A stretch of 64,000 bases of DNA from assembly GCA_964016885.1 (NCBI GenBank), contig OZ024740.1, positions 147,746,001-147,810,000 on the forward strand, written 5' to 3'. This DNA comes from Eledone cirrhosa. Taxonomy: Eukaryota. Positions 53,386 to 64,000 of the stretch are shown here, piece by piece; the first letter of the stretch is position 1; each line of letters opens with the position of its first letter. A program made the position numbers and the translations under genes. The notes under the pieces are model-generated. The model saw only the letters and a program-made list of their open reading frames with translations, had not been told where the DNA came from and searched no databases.

Positions 53386-53606
53386 ATGGTTTCTTATATA
53401 GGCACAAGGCCAGCAATTTTGGAAGGGTGGGAGGGGGTCGATTAAATCGACCCCAGTTCGTGAATAGTACTTTATTCTTCCGACCCCTTAAGGATGAAAG
53501 GCAAAGCTAACCTCGGCTGGATTTGAACTCAGATCATAAAGGGCTATAACTCTATGCTACAAAGCATGGTGTCCGACCCTCTACCGATACTGCCAATCCA
53601 CCGCCC
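53386..53606 (-). mobile_element. tRNA-derived SINE
   Basis: Family consensus. Confidence 0.85.
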
Positions 53607-53659
53607 AATGAGTGAAATTAATAATGTAAAATATATGTAGAACGATGTTAAATGGAGAT

Positions 53660-54250
53660 GTAGACTAAAAAGAAAGAAGTATTAAGCAACAAAAGAAAGT
53701 GGGGAGGGACAGACACTATATCCAGACTGAGCAGTACCTCAGCCGCGCCTTGCGGACAAAACGGAAAAAGCAGTGCTGGGATAAAGGACGCCAGAGGTCT
53801 CGACGGAGACTAGTGCAAAGACAGGCAGCCAGGCCCCGGTATTTGACTAGCTTCCACTTCTCCGCATTGCGGGCATCAGAGCCCGGGTTTATGACCGAAG
53901 CGACAAGGTTGGAGGTGGAGAACGAGTCGCTGCACGTCACGTCACGTCCGAAATTAATAATTTGCCCTCCTCAAAAGGTAAGAAGGTTAATCCGTTGGGG
54001 CGCTTACCATCACCACGGTCGAGGCCAACCGGCTTCATTCTTTTTTCCTTTTGACGAGAAACCGGCTGCGTTGAGGCTCCTTCTGATGATGTCGTTCAGA
54101 GCAGTGTGACTGAGGAGCCGGCTTGTACTAAGCCAGCAAGATAATGGGTGTAGAGCGAACTCTTCGACCACAGCTCCACAACGGCATCCGTGTGGCGCTG
54201 TGCTACTCCAATGAACGTGTACTCCTTATCAATAAGGGAAAATGAATTAT
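53660..54250 (-). mobile_element. CRE-like non-LTR retrotransposon 3' fragment (restriction-like endonuclease)
   Basis: HPLSC..[53 protein letters not shown]. Confidence 0.7.
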
Positions 54251-54289
54251 CAGGTTCTTCTTCTTCTTCTTCTTCTTCTTCTTCTTGAG

Positions 54290-54975
54290 AGAGTCGTTGG
54301 GGTAGAGTCATCAAACATTCCTTCCATCGTGTCCTGTCAGAAGCACCCGTCTCATGACCATAGATAAGGGTTGGCACAAATACCGAATTGAAGATTAGGA
54401 GTTTGGCTTTTACACCTACCTCCCTTTTTCTGATTACCGAATACTGAAGTTAGCGCATTACTGCATCAGCTCCTGCAATTCTTGCACTTAATTCAGCCTC
54501 CTGTCTTCCATACCTCTTGAACATGGCCCCTAGATACTTGAATTTCTCCACATGCTTCAATGGAACTCCATTCACTTCAATGAAGAGTGCACTGCGTAGG
54601 CTTCCTTGAGATGAAGGGTGTCTTAGTTTTCGCAGCACTAATTAAACCTATCGAGTGCAAATCGGAGATAACCTTCTGTCGAATTAAGTAATACCATGTC
54701 CTCTGCAAATTCCAGTGAACTGATTTTACACCCGCCAGTCGTGATATCGATTCCAACTCAGCTGCGCATGTCAATCCTCTTCAAGAAAATAATTGTTTCT
54801 ACTATTGGCACAAGGCCAGAAATTACCCAGTACATTACTGGTACTTTATTTTATCGACCCCGTAAGGATGAAAGGCAAAGTTAACCTCGGCGGGATTCCT
54901 CTTCAAGAAAATAATGAACAGGAGAGGTGTCAGTACTCAGCCTAGGCGGAGTCCGACTCCCACATTGAACCATTC
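54290..54975 (-). mobile_element. RTE-like LINE fragment interrupted by a SINE
   Basis: GVRLG*VLTPLLFII, LKHVEKFKYLG, PTLIYGHET. Confidence 0.7.
54775..54915 (-). mobile_element. 5'-truncated SINE with 19-bp target-site duplication
   Basis: tcctcttcaagaaaataat at 54775-54793 and 54897-54915. Confidence 0.8.
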
Positions 54976-55082
54976 AATTTCTTTCAGTAGATTCTTGAAT
55001 ATATTTTACAAATATTTTAGGGACACTTATTAAATATTATAGCCAGAAGTTTGTTACTAAGTATTATTGTTGGTGTTACAGC

Positions 55083-55310
55083 CGGTGGATTGGCAGTATC
55101 GGTAGAGCGTCGGATACAATGCTTTGCAGCTTAGAGTTACGGCCCTTTACGGTCTGAGTTCAAATCCCGCAGAGGTTAACTTTGACTTTCATCCTTACGG
55201 GGTCGATAAAATAAAGTACCAGTAACGTACTGGGGTCGATTTATCGACTTTCCCTTCCCCCCCAAATTACTGGCCTTGTGCCTATACTAGAAATCATCAT
55301 TATTATTATT
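55083..55310 (+). mobile_element. tRNA-derived SINE with (ATT)n tail
   Basis: Family consensus. Confidence 0.85.
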
Positions 55311-55610
55311 ATTGAATGCCATGGTTGACGGAGGTTTGGCTCTGTAAGGTATAGTCATTTTTAACCGCTATAACAATTGTAAATTGTTTAAAACTTGAAC
55401 CAAATTGTAAATAAAAACACCCTCCTCCTCGTGATTTCTGTCCATTATTTGGCCCTTCGGGGTTTTGTGTCTAATATTCATTTTAAACTTTCCGTCTTCT
55501 TCCTCAATCGTCACTACATCAGAGAGAAGATTGTCTCCCCCCCCCCCCCCTTCTCTAAATGTGGTGTTGCCTTTTTCGCAAGCGACGCCATTAAAGAAAA
55601 AGAAAAATAT

Positions 55611-58600
55611 AGTTTCTGATAGCTTTCACCAAGAGCACGTGCATTCCGTGGAACATTTCTCCACGACGACGACATCGACGACAAAATGTGTGCGGTAAAT
55701 ACGGAAAGCCATTTCATTCGTCTGACGCCATGAAGAATAGCAGCAGCAGTAATAACAGCAGCAGCAGCAACAGCAACAACAACAACAACAGCAGCAACAA
55801 CAATAACAACCACAGCAACAGCGGCGGCGGCGGTCGTAGTACCAGCAGCAACAACACAAGTAACAGCAGCTCTGACGACAACAACAACAACAACAAGAAA
55901 GAAAAACCAATCTCGTTTGCAGGTATCGCAAAGAACCTGGAAACCATCCTTATAACAAATGAGGAATACAGGAAGCAAAGAAGATGGTTACGAAAACCGG
56001 ACACCAAGCAATCTGCAAGGCAGCCGAACATTTTTTCGAAACTCAACAGCACTGTAAGTTCACATACCGTACAGTAAGCACAAAATCACGTAGGGTTGAA
56101 AGAGCCACAGAGGCTCAAATACAAAAAGCCTTAGGGTCTGTGTGGCAGCGGAAAACGCATATCACACGAGGCAAGAAATATGCCACCGTGGACGTGCTTT
56201 TTGTCACACCCCAGGAGGAAAAGGCTCAATCCTTAGTGACCCTAAGGAGCGAAGAAATGGTGTTGGTGCCCTCCTACTGCAGGCAAAAATTGTGAGGTTC
56301 AAACTGACCCCCCCCCCCCGGGATGGCCCCTTCTTGGCTGGCCGCGTCTGTCCTCGTCGGAATCGAGGACAAAACAACTGTACTGCAAGTACAGAAAAAA
56401 GTAAGAGAAGATTGGGTCGGCACCTCCATTGAGATGTTAATCCAAACCAACCAGGAGTGCATCGAAGCTATCCCGGATGTAATAGACTTCGATAACGGGA
56501 CTCAACTGTCCATAAGTGTTGAGGGCAAATGCCCGAAATGCTTTCGCTGTGGGTCGAAGACTCACCTCAGGGCCTTCTTCAATGAGAAGACCATGAGAAA
56601 GGAGAAAACCCCCCTCCTTCCGAAACCGGCTCCACTGCTACCAGCAACAGGACAGGCGGCAAGCAGGAAGGATAGGTCCGTGGTACCCATACCCACGCCA
56701 CAGAAATCAAGAACAGCAGCAGCAGTGGAAGTATTAACAACAACAGTAATACCAACTGCAGCTGCAACAGAGAATCCACTGCAACCATCACCAACAAGAA
56801 CAAGTGAAAGAGTGGCGCTGGTACCCCTCCCCGACCTCACAGAATCGGACATGGAGTGTGAGGTGGGAGAGGGATGGCAAAAGGTCGCAAGAAGGCACAA
56901 ACGCAGAAGCAGCGCATCGTCGCCTTCGAAAAGGGAGGAAAGAAATGAAAAAAGGGTAAAGACTACTGCAAAGAGATTTACAGCAGCAACGCCACCAACA
57001 TCATCACCACCCACACTAGCACCACCATCACCACCGGCGGCAATCCCACCGGCAACAACAACAAAACCTTCAACACCACCACCACAAGCACCAACATCGC
57101 AAACACAAAAAAATACACATACCCAGCAACAACGTCAAGAAAATAGCAGAACCACACCCTCACCCCCAGAAAAAGAAATGCACGGCAATAAATACACACA
57201 GCAAGAAACCAATGACTTACATAATTGAACACACAGACATTTCACAGCACGACTACATAATACCAGCACCAATCAAAACACCAACATACATAAGAATAGC
57301 ACAGAAACAATACAGAAACATTAAAACGAAATTCCCCAACGCAATTGGTGATTTCAGAGACCTAGGAGGGACACTCAACCGGAGAGTATATTCGGATATA
57401 CTCACAGAAGAGCCGACGACCAGCCGAAGGGCCGATTCAACGGTCCCTTCACCAGACGATCAAGTGAAAAGGGATGGAGAAACCATCATTCCTCTACGAG
57501 AAGTAAGGTAAGTGGTCTTCCCATCTTTTCCACTCCATTTCAACATGACCTCACTCAGAATAGACAGCATAAATGTGCGTGGCTTGGAGTCGTCATGGAA
57601 GCAGGGCCACCTGCTCAAAGACCTCAGGTCACTAAACATAGATGTAGTGGCCATCAGCGAAACCAGAATCTCCGAAGCACGGGCCTTCGCACCGATCTTC
57701 GGCGGCTACGATGTGTACGCATCTCCCAGCCGTCCTGGATCGGGGGGCGGAGTTGCTGTGCTTTTTCGGAGAGGTTTGGATCTCGCCATACGGGCCATCT
57801 TCCTGGACCCAGAAGGTAAGTTGGTGGTGCTGGACGCGACTAGCGGAGACGAGTAAGCTTTCAGGCTAGTAGCCGTCTATGCTCCGACAGGAGCAGGGTG
57901 GCCTGATTTCTTCCGGCGTCTGTAAACCTTTCTAGGAACATCCTGCTCTTTAGTGTTAGTGGGCGACTGGAACGGGATCTTAGATGCACGCTGGGACTGT
58001 GTGGGATTAGCGGATAGGGGAGGAGGGTGCAAGAGCCTCACCAACCTGCTCAGGCGTTTTGAACTGTCTGACAGGTACCGATTGGATTTCCCGAATGTGC
58101 CAATGTAGACTTGGACAAACCGCATCGGATCATCCAGATCATATCTAGATAGAGTATTTTGTAGGGAAATAGATAGGTCTAGCATAGGCTGTCCACAATT
58201 CAAGATAGTCAGCTACACGGACCACAAATTCGTGATCTGTGTGCTTGCCTTAGATAGGCTTCATAGACGAGGACCCGGCTACTGGAAGCTAAACGCGTCC
58301 TTACCAGCGCGCAAGGCCTACAGAGACCGGATTAGCGAACTAGTTAAGCGAGCGTTGATGGGGGCCATCGTCAACAACAAGTGGTGGTTTGCTCTGAAAA
58401 GAGCGATTAGAATAGATTCCATTAGGTTTAGTAAGGCTTTAGCTATAGAGAAAAATAGAGCAGAGGGAGAACTAGTTAAAAAATTAGACGAGGCGCTTAG
58501 CAAAGGCATCGCGACCGACGTACTTGCGGCGAAATTGGCCCTTGACCAATTCTTCAATGCAAATCACGAAGGCTTCGTTGTCAGAGCTAGGGTGCGCGCT

Positions 58601-60022
58601 CTCAGACACGAGGGGACGAAAGCCGTTCAATGGGCCCGAGTGGCGGAGGCGCGTCGTGGCAACAAAGCCACGATCCGGTCTTTGGTGGACCACGACGGGC
58701 GCATGCTACTCGATCCCGGGCAAATGTGTGAAGCTTTTCAGCGACACTTCGCTCAGCTGTTCGGGGGCAGCGGCGGGCCGGATCGAGGGATGTACTTTAG
58801 TGTTTACCTCGACGGACTCCCGCGGCTCTCGGCCACTGGGGCGGAGTGTTGCGAAAAGCCGATAACAGCCGCTGAAGTACGGGAGGTAATGACTGGCTGC
58901 ACAAGGGGTAAATCGCCTGGTTTGGATGGTCTGCCCTATGAACTTTACGTACAGATGCCAGACTTGTTTGGAGGCCTATTGGCGGACGTCTACTGCAACT
59001 GGCAACAGAACGGGAGAATTCCCAGCTCTGTGAGCCGAGGAGCGGTGGCGCTGCTGAGAAAATTTCCGAACAAGGGGGATAACATAGATAATTTAAGGCC
59101 CATAACTCTGCTAAACACAGAGTTCAAGATTTTGGCCTAGGTGCTAGCAAAGAGGTTGGCGCTTGTCGTTGGTGGTCTGGTGGGAGAGGCGCAGACATGC
59201 GCCATTCCCGACAGATCCATCCACGACAACCTGCACCTCATGTGATACATCGTAGAGAGGGTAGCTAGGGAATCTGGCACGGGTGGGTTCTTGATCAATT
59301 TAGATCAGTCGAAAGCTTTCGATAGGGTCGACCATCGTTACCTAGTGGCAGTCCTGAAGGCGGCTGGCTTTGGGCCCGTCTTCAGAGGGTGGATCGCTGC
59401 CATGCACAGCGACATCTGCTCTGTGGTGAGAGTGAACGGTCACCTTTCGGAACCGTTCAACATCATGTGCTCGGTCCGCCAAGGATGTCCCCGCTCGTCC
59501 CTCTTGTACGTATTGACTCTCGAGCCATTACTGCACAAACTGGAGACGTTGAGGGGTACCCCGCGCGAACTAGGATGCGGAAGATCCGTGTCAGCATATG
59601 CGGACGATGTCACCGTAGTGGTGTCGAACGCCAAACACATCGAGGCGATGGGCACTACACTAAGAGAATACGAAGCGGTGACAGGAGCAATAATCAACCA
59701 GTAAAAGTCAGTGGGCCTGCAGCTCGGCACCTTGAGAGGCAGGTCCATGCCGTCCAACAGCGTCGTCGGGCGCTGGACGGACGGACCGGTTAAATTGCTA
59801 GGGGTCTGGTTCGGTCCGGACCTCCAGACGGACAAAAACTGGGACGAGGTGACGAGCAGGGTGGCTTCTCTCACCCAGAAATGGGCGGAGAGGAAGCTAT
59901 CCCTGAAAGGTCGAGCGGAGGTGGCTAACGCGTACATCGCGTCCGTCATCTGCTACCGCCTGATCGTCATACCGTGTCCTAAGCCCCGCCTGACTGCGCT
60001 GGAGCGTTTGCTCTTTCGCTTT
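55611..60022 (+). mobile_element. L1/Tx1-like LINE: 5' UTR, ORF1 and 3'-truncated ORF2 (defective)
   Basis: ORF1 about 55730-57510 with frameshifts and a degenerate zinc knuckle CFRCGSKTH; ORF2 from 57545 with APE (SINVRGL, SET, GDWN, YLDR, TDH) and RT (SPGLDG, DQSKAFDRV, RQGCP, YADD); several stops. The 5' boundary is approximate. Confidence 0.88.
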
Positions 60023-61002
60023 AGCGGTATTTAGTTTTGCATCATGTGTTTAAATCCTGCTTAAAGAGACATTACCATTCATCCCTCTGAAGGTCAATAA
60101 ACTACCAGTGAAGGACTGGGTTCGATTTAAATGATTATACATCCACCCTGCATACATATAATATTCTGTTATAAACTCATGTTAAAATCGGTAGAACGTG
60201 AAACAAAGTGCCTTGCGTTATTTCACAATCTAAGTTCAATCTCCACCAAAGTCTAGGGCATTGATAAAATACCTTGCAATATCCTTATATATTTTGAGCT
60301 CAACATCTCGCTAAGGTCTACTTTGCCTTTTATCTTTCTAGGCGGTTAATGTATATAATAGTCAAGTAGTTATTTCGATTAAACCCAGCGATTCCTCTTC
60401 CAAAATGCACCCCCACCCCCACCACCCCCACCACCACCACCACTACCATCATCATCATCATCATCATCATCAACAACAACGGCAGTAATCATTTACTAAA
60501 AGCTATCAGTTAAATTTACCATTAATATTTTGATAATAACACTAGCAAGAAGAAGAAGAAGCAGAATGAAGGTAGTAAAAAAGTGTGGATAGAGCTGGAC
60601 ATTTAAAAAAAAAGCCCTCTACAAAGGAAAGTGGTTGAAGAATAAAAAGAAAGACAGACATAGTGTTAGACAAAGCTGTCGAAGAAACGTCTTCTGTACT
60701 GAATGACTTATACAACTTAGGTGGCGCAGGCGTCCTTTTAGCACGATTGAACATTATTCACCCAAATTTAATCCCTCCTAACGCTGCTGTTTGTCCGTTT
60801 CACCTGGAAATCGGCCTAAACCATTGCCTTGCAGACAATATTGTGCTTATTGTCATAAAAATAAATCTGATAATTACCTCTGATGGAATTACGGGCTAAG
60901 GGAGTGAGCACAATGTATTTAAGTAAAAATGACACAACTTTACACCAAGTCTAAATTGTTATTTTAATGTAGTGTTCCTTTCCCCTTTCTTTTCTTTTTA
61001 TA

Positions 61003-61065
<63 letters not shown>

Positions 61066-61354
61066 GTTAATTCCTTCAAATTGGAAGATGAATTGAAAGA
61101 AGAAAGAAAAAAAACAAAGAAAAACGCAGAAAAGACTTAAGGGGAAAATAATGAAGAAGGAAAGAAAGAGTAAAGATAATACAAAAGAAAGAAAAAGAAA
61201 AGGAAAGTAAAGGAAAAGGAAAAGGAAAAGAAAGAAATGGTACTAAGTAGTGTTAATGAAACACGCCGGTAGTGGGGGGGGGGGAGAAGATTGAACAAGA
61301 AAAAGGGCGAAGCTTAACGAGGGAAAGAACACACACAGACACACACATATATAT

Positions 61355-61401
<47 letters not shown>

Positions 61402-61414
61402 ATATATATATATT

Positions 61415-61448
<34 letters not shown>

Positions 61449-61519
61449 CATACATATATACACACACAAACACACACACACATATATATATATACACGTA
61501 TATATATATATATATACAC

Positions 61520-61568
<49 letters not shown>

Positions 61569-61702
61569 AACAAATATGAATATAAATACATGTCGACACC
61601 CAGGTGGCAGATTTGAGGACTGTGACACATTAAAGAGGTAACTATAAATAACAACAAGAAAAAGCAATAGGGTCAGTTGTCTGATACTCTTAAATTATAT
61701 GA

Positions 61703-62183
61703 CGGTGGATTGGCAGTATCGGTAGAGAGTCGGACACCATTCTTTGAAGCATAGAGTTACGCCCCTTTATGATCTGAGTTCAAATCCCGCCGAGGTTGAC
61801 TTTGCCTTTCATCCTTACAGGGTCGATAAAATAAAGTACCAGTAATGTACTGTGTAATTGCTGGCCTTGTGCCAAAAGTAGAAACAATTATATGGCGTTT
61901 AAAAAGTTGTAAAGATCGCTTCTCTTTCATTTCTTTTCATTGGTTTGTTTCAAACAGTTCAGAGAGGAAAAGGTATGGAACGAGCAAAGTATCTTAACTT
62001 AAACCTATGCCTATATATATAATATATAATTGTTTCTACTTTTGGCACAAGGCCAGCAATTATCCAAGTTCATTAGTGATGCTTTATTTTAACGACCCCG
62101 GCGGGATTTGAACTCAGACCATAAAAAGGCGTAACTCTATGCTGCAAAGCATGACGTCCGATCTTCTACCGATACTACCAATC
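61703..62183. mobile_element. Two SINE copies in opposite orientation (61703-61890 +, 62027-62183 -)
   Basis: Family consensus. Confidence 0.8.
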
Positions 62184-62259
62184 CCATTGCATATATGTAT
62201 GCTCCTGGAGGACCATATACAAAAAAAAAAAAAAAAATTATCATGGTCATGGAACCAGG

Positions 62260-63400
62260 CTGGATGTAGTAGATACATTTGTCTACTTGGGTAGAACACT
62301 CTTAAATGATGGTTCCTTGGATGCTGAAATACATCTGTGCATCTAGAAGGCCTCTGCTGCTTTCGAAAAATTGGAAAAGAGAGTTTGGGCAAATCGCAAC
62401 ATTACCAACAATACCAAGGTGTATATGTATAGATCATGTGTTCTGGTAACCCCACCAAGCTTGCTTAGTGAGAAGGGCGATATTTGGGCACCCTACGGGA
62501 TGAAATACAAGACCCGGCAAAGGGCGGAGGAACTCAGCAGAGTCAACGGTCATCCAAACAGTACTTTTTTTTTTACCTGGGAGTGAAAGGCACCCATGTG
62601 AAAAATACTCTGCGGCTTCGAAAACATCTGATGATGTTGACCAGTTCTCCTTTCGGGTAGTGTTTTCGATGCTCAGAGAGTGAGAGTGGTCGAGTGCAAG
62701 GCTTTTTCCTGCTTAAAAATCCTTCAAAGCACAGGCATTGCTTGTTCAGGATATGTTACAGGTTCGTGTGGCTGGCCGTAGCCTAAAGGTGCACCATTTT
62801 CTGTAATCTGACAAGCGATTGCAATACTCTTAGCAGAGTTTGCAGCCACCATGTATGTATGTATGTATGTATGTATGTATGTATGTATGTATGTATGTAT
62901 GTATGTATGTATGTAGGTGAGAGATGACCCCTTAGCCTTTGTCAAGGCAGAATTCTAGGAGAAGGAAAACTCTGATATAACACCTGCAACCCTGATGGTA
63001 TCCAATGATGTTGACTTGTTCTTCTTTTTGGTAAATATCATCTTGGTTAAGAGAGTGGGACTGGCTTTGTGCAGTGCCTTTGCTCACTATAAAAGCTTCA
63101 CGGCACAGGCATTGCTTTATATCTGGAGATCTCTCTGCACTTGTCGTCACATGGTACCATGGCCCAGCACTATGTGTCAATAATTGTCACAAGTGTGGTG
63201 TTTGTACCAGAGTTTTCATGTCGCAGGCTGGACTAAAAAGTCACACTCGTTCAGCGCATCGGTAGGGGTTCTCCTACATGGATATAAAGTAGTGGCCGTA
63301 CTCGAAAACGAGTTGGCAGCCACCATGTATGTATGTATGTAGGTAGGTAGGTAGGTAGGTAGGTAGGTAGGTAGGTAGGTATGTATTTATGTATGTATGT
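62260..63400 (+). mobile_element. RTE (BovB-like) LINE remnants ending in a C2H2 finger and (TATG)n tail
   Basis: FVYLG..DAEI, LEKRVW..TKVYMYRSCVL; CGVCTRVFMSQAGLKSHTRSAH; interrupted by other repeats. Confidence 0.65.
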
Positions 63401-64000
63401 ATGCATGTATGCCAGGTTGCTTTCGAGTGCTACTGATAACATGTAACCTAGTGCAGCCTGTCACATGGTCGGGTCGTCGGTGTCTAAAATGGCAAACCCA
63501 CCAAGCTTGCTTGGTGAGGAAGGTGATATTTGGACACCCTGCGGGATGGAATACAAGATCAGGCAAAGGGCGGAGGAACTCAGCAGAGTCAACAGCCATC
63601 CAAATAGTACTTTTTTTTCTTTTTGCACCTGGGAGTGAAAGGCCCCCAGTTGTTGTCACAACACCTTTCTAAGAGAGAGAAACTGTGAACAAAAACCTGC
63701 AGCTTCAGAAGCATCCGATGATGTTGACCAGTTCTCCTTTTTGGGTAGTGTTTTCGATGCTCAGAGAGTGGGATTGGTCGAGTGCTAGGCCTTTCCCCAC
63801 TTAAAAAACATTCAAAGCACAGGCATTGCTTGTTCAGGATATGGTATAGGTTTGTGTGACTGGCCGTAGCCTAAAAGTGCAGCAAACTCTATAATCCTCC
63901 AAACAATTGCAGTACTCTTAGCAGAGTTTGCAGCCATCATGTATGTATGTATGTATGTATGTATGTATGTATGTATGTATGTATGTATGTATGTATGTAT
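62450..64000 (+). repeat. Two copies of a ~450-550-bp non-coding repeat with (TATG)n tail (62450-62915, 63410-64000)
   Basis: Shared ggcaaagggcggaggaactcagcagagtcaac..gagtttgcagcca(c/t)catgtatg. Confidence 0.75.

Noticed and set aside
60660-60900. Possible exon (ORFs 60663..60899 and 60542..60754)
   Set aside because: No recognisable domain or convincing splice-site pair.
63410-63600. HDV-like ribozyme at an RTE-type 5' end
   Set aside because: The nested double pseudoknot could not be identified by eye.

Overview
Repeat-dense, AT-rich animal DNA. The SINE families and huge (TA)n/(CA)n tracts suggest a cephalopod (octopus-like) genome; this is inference. One host gene is recognisable: a minus-strand, spliced GEX1/Brambleberry/KAR5-family nuclear-membrane-fusion gene. 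Its three phase-compatible exons are 8962-8036, 4203-4041 and 1929-1705, and it probably continues left of the window. Everything else is mobile DNA: RTE, L1/Tx1, R4-like and CRE-like LINE fragments; many tRNA-derived SINEs; a full-length CsRn1-clade Gypsy element with a 4-bp TSD; a decayed hATm DNA transposon; and at least three Penelope-like elements (PLEs), including a near-intact Naiad-type element with about 4.8 kb of inverted flanking repeat. The most striking signal is a set of sequence-unrelated small elements in (TA)n tracts that share one architecture: fold-back and/or partial-tandem structure plus a type I hammerhead ribozyme (HHR), usually with a palindromic stem III. One is a non-coding 466-bp retrozyme-like unit with a perfect HHR. 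Another lies on the sense strand of the host gene's intron. All motifs were read by eye; no alignment or folding program was run.
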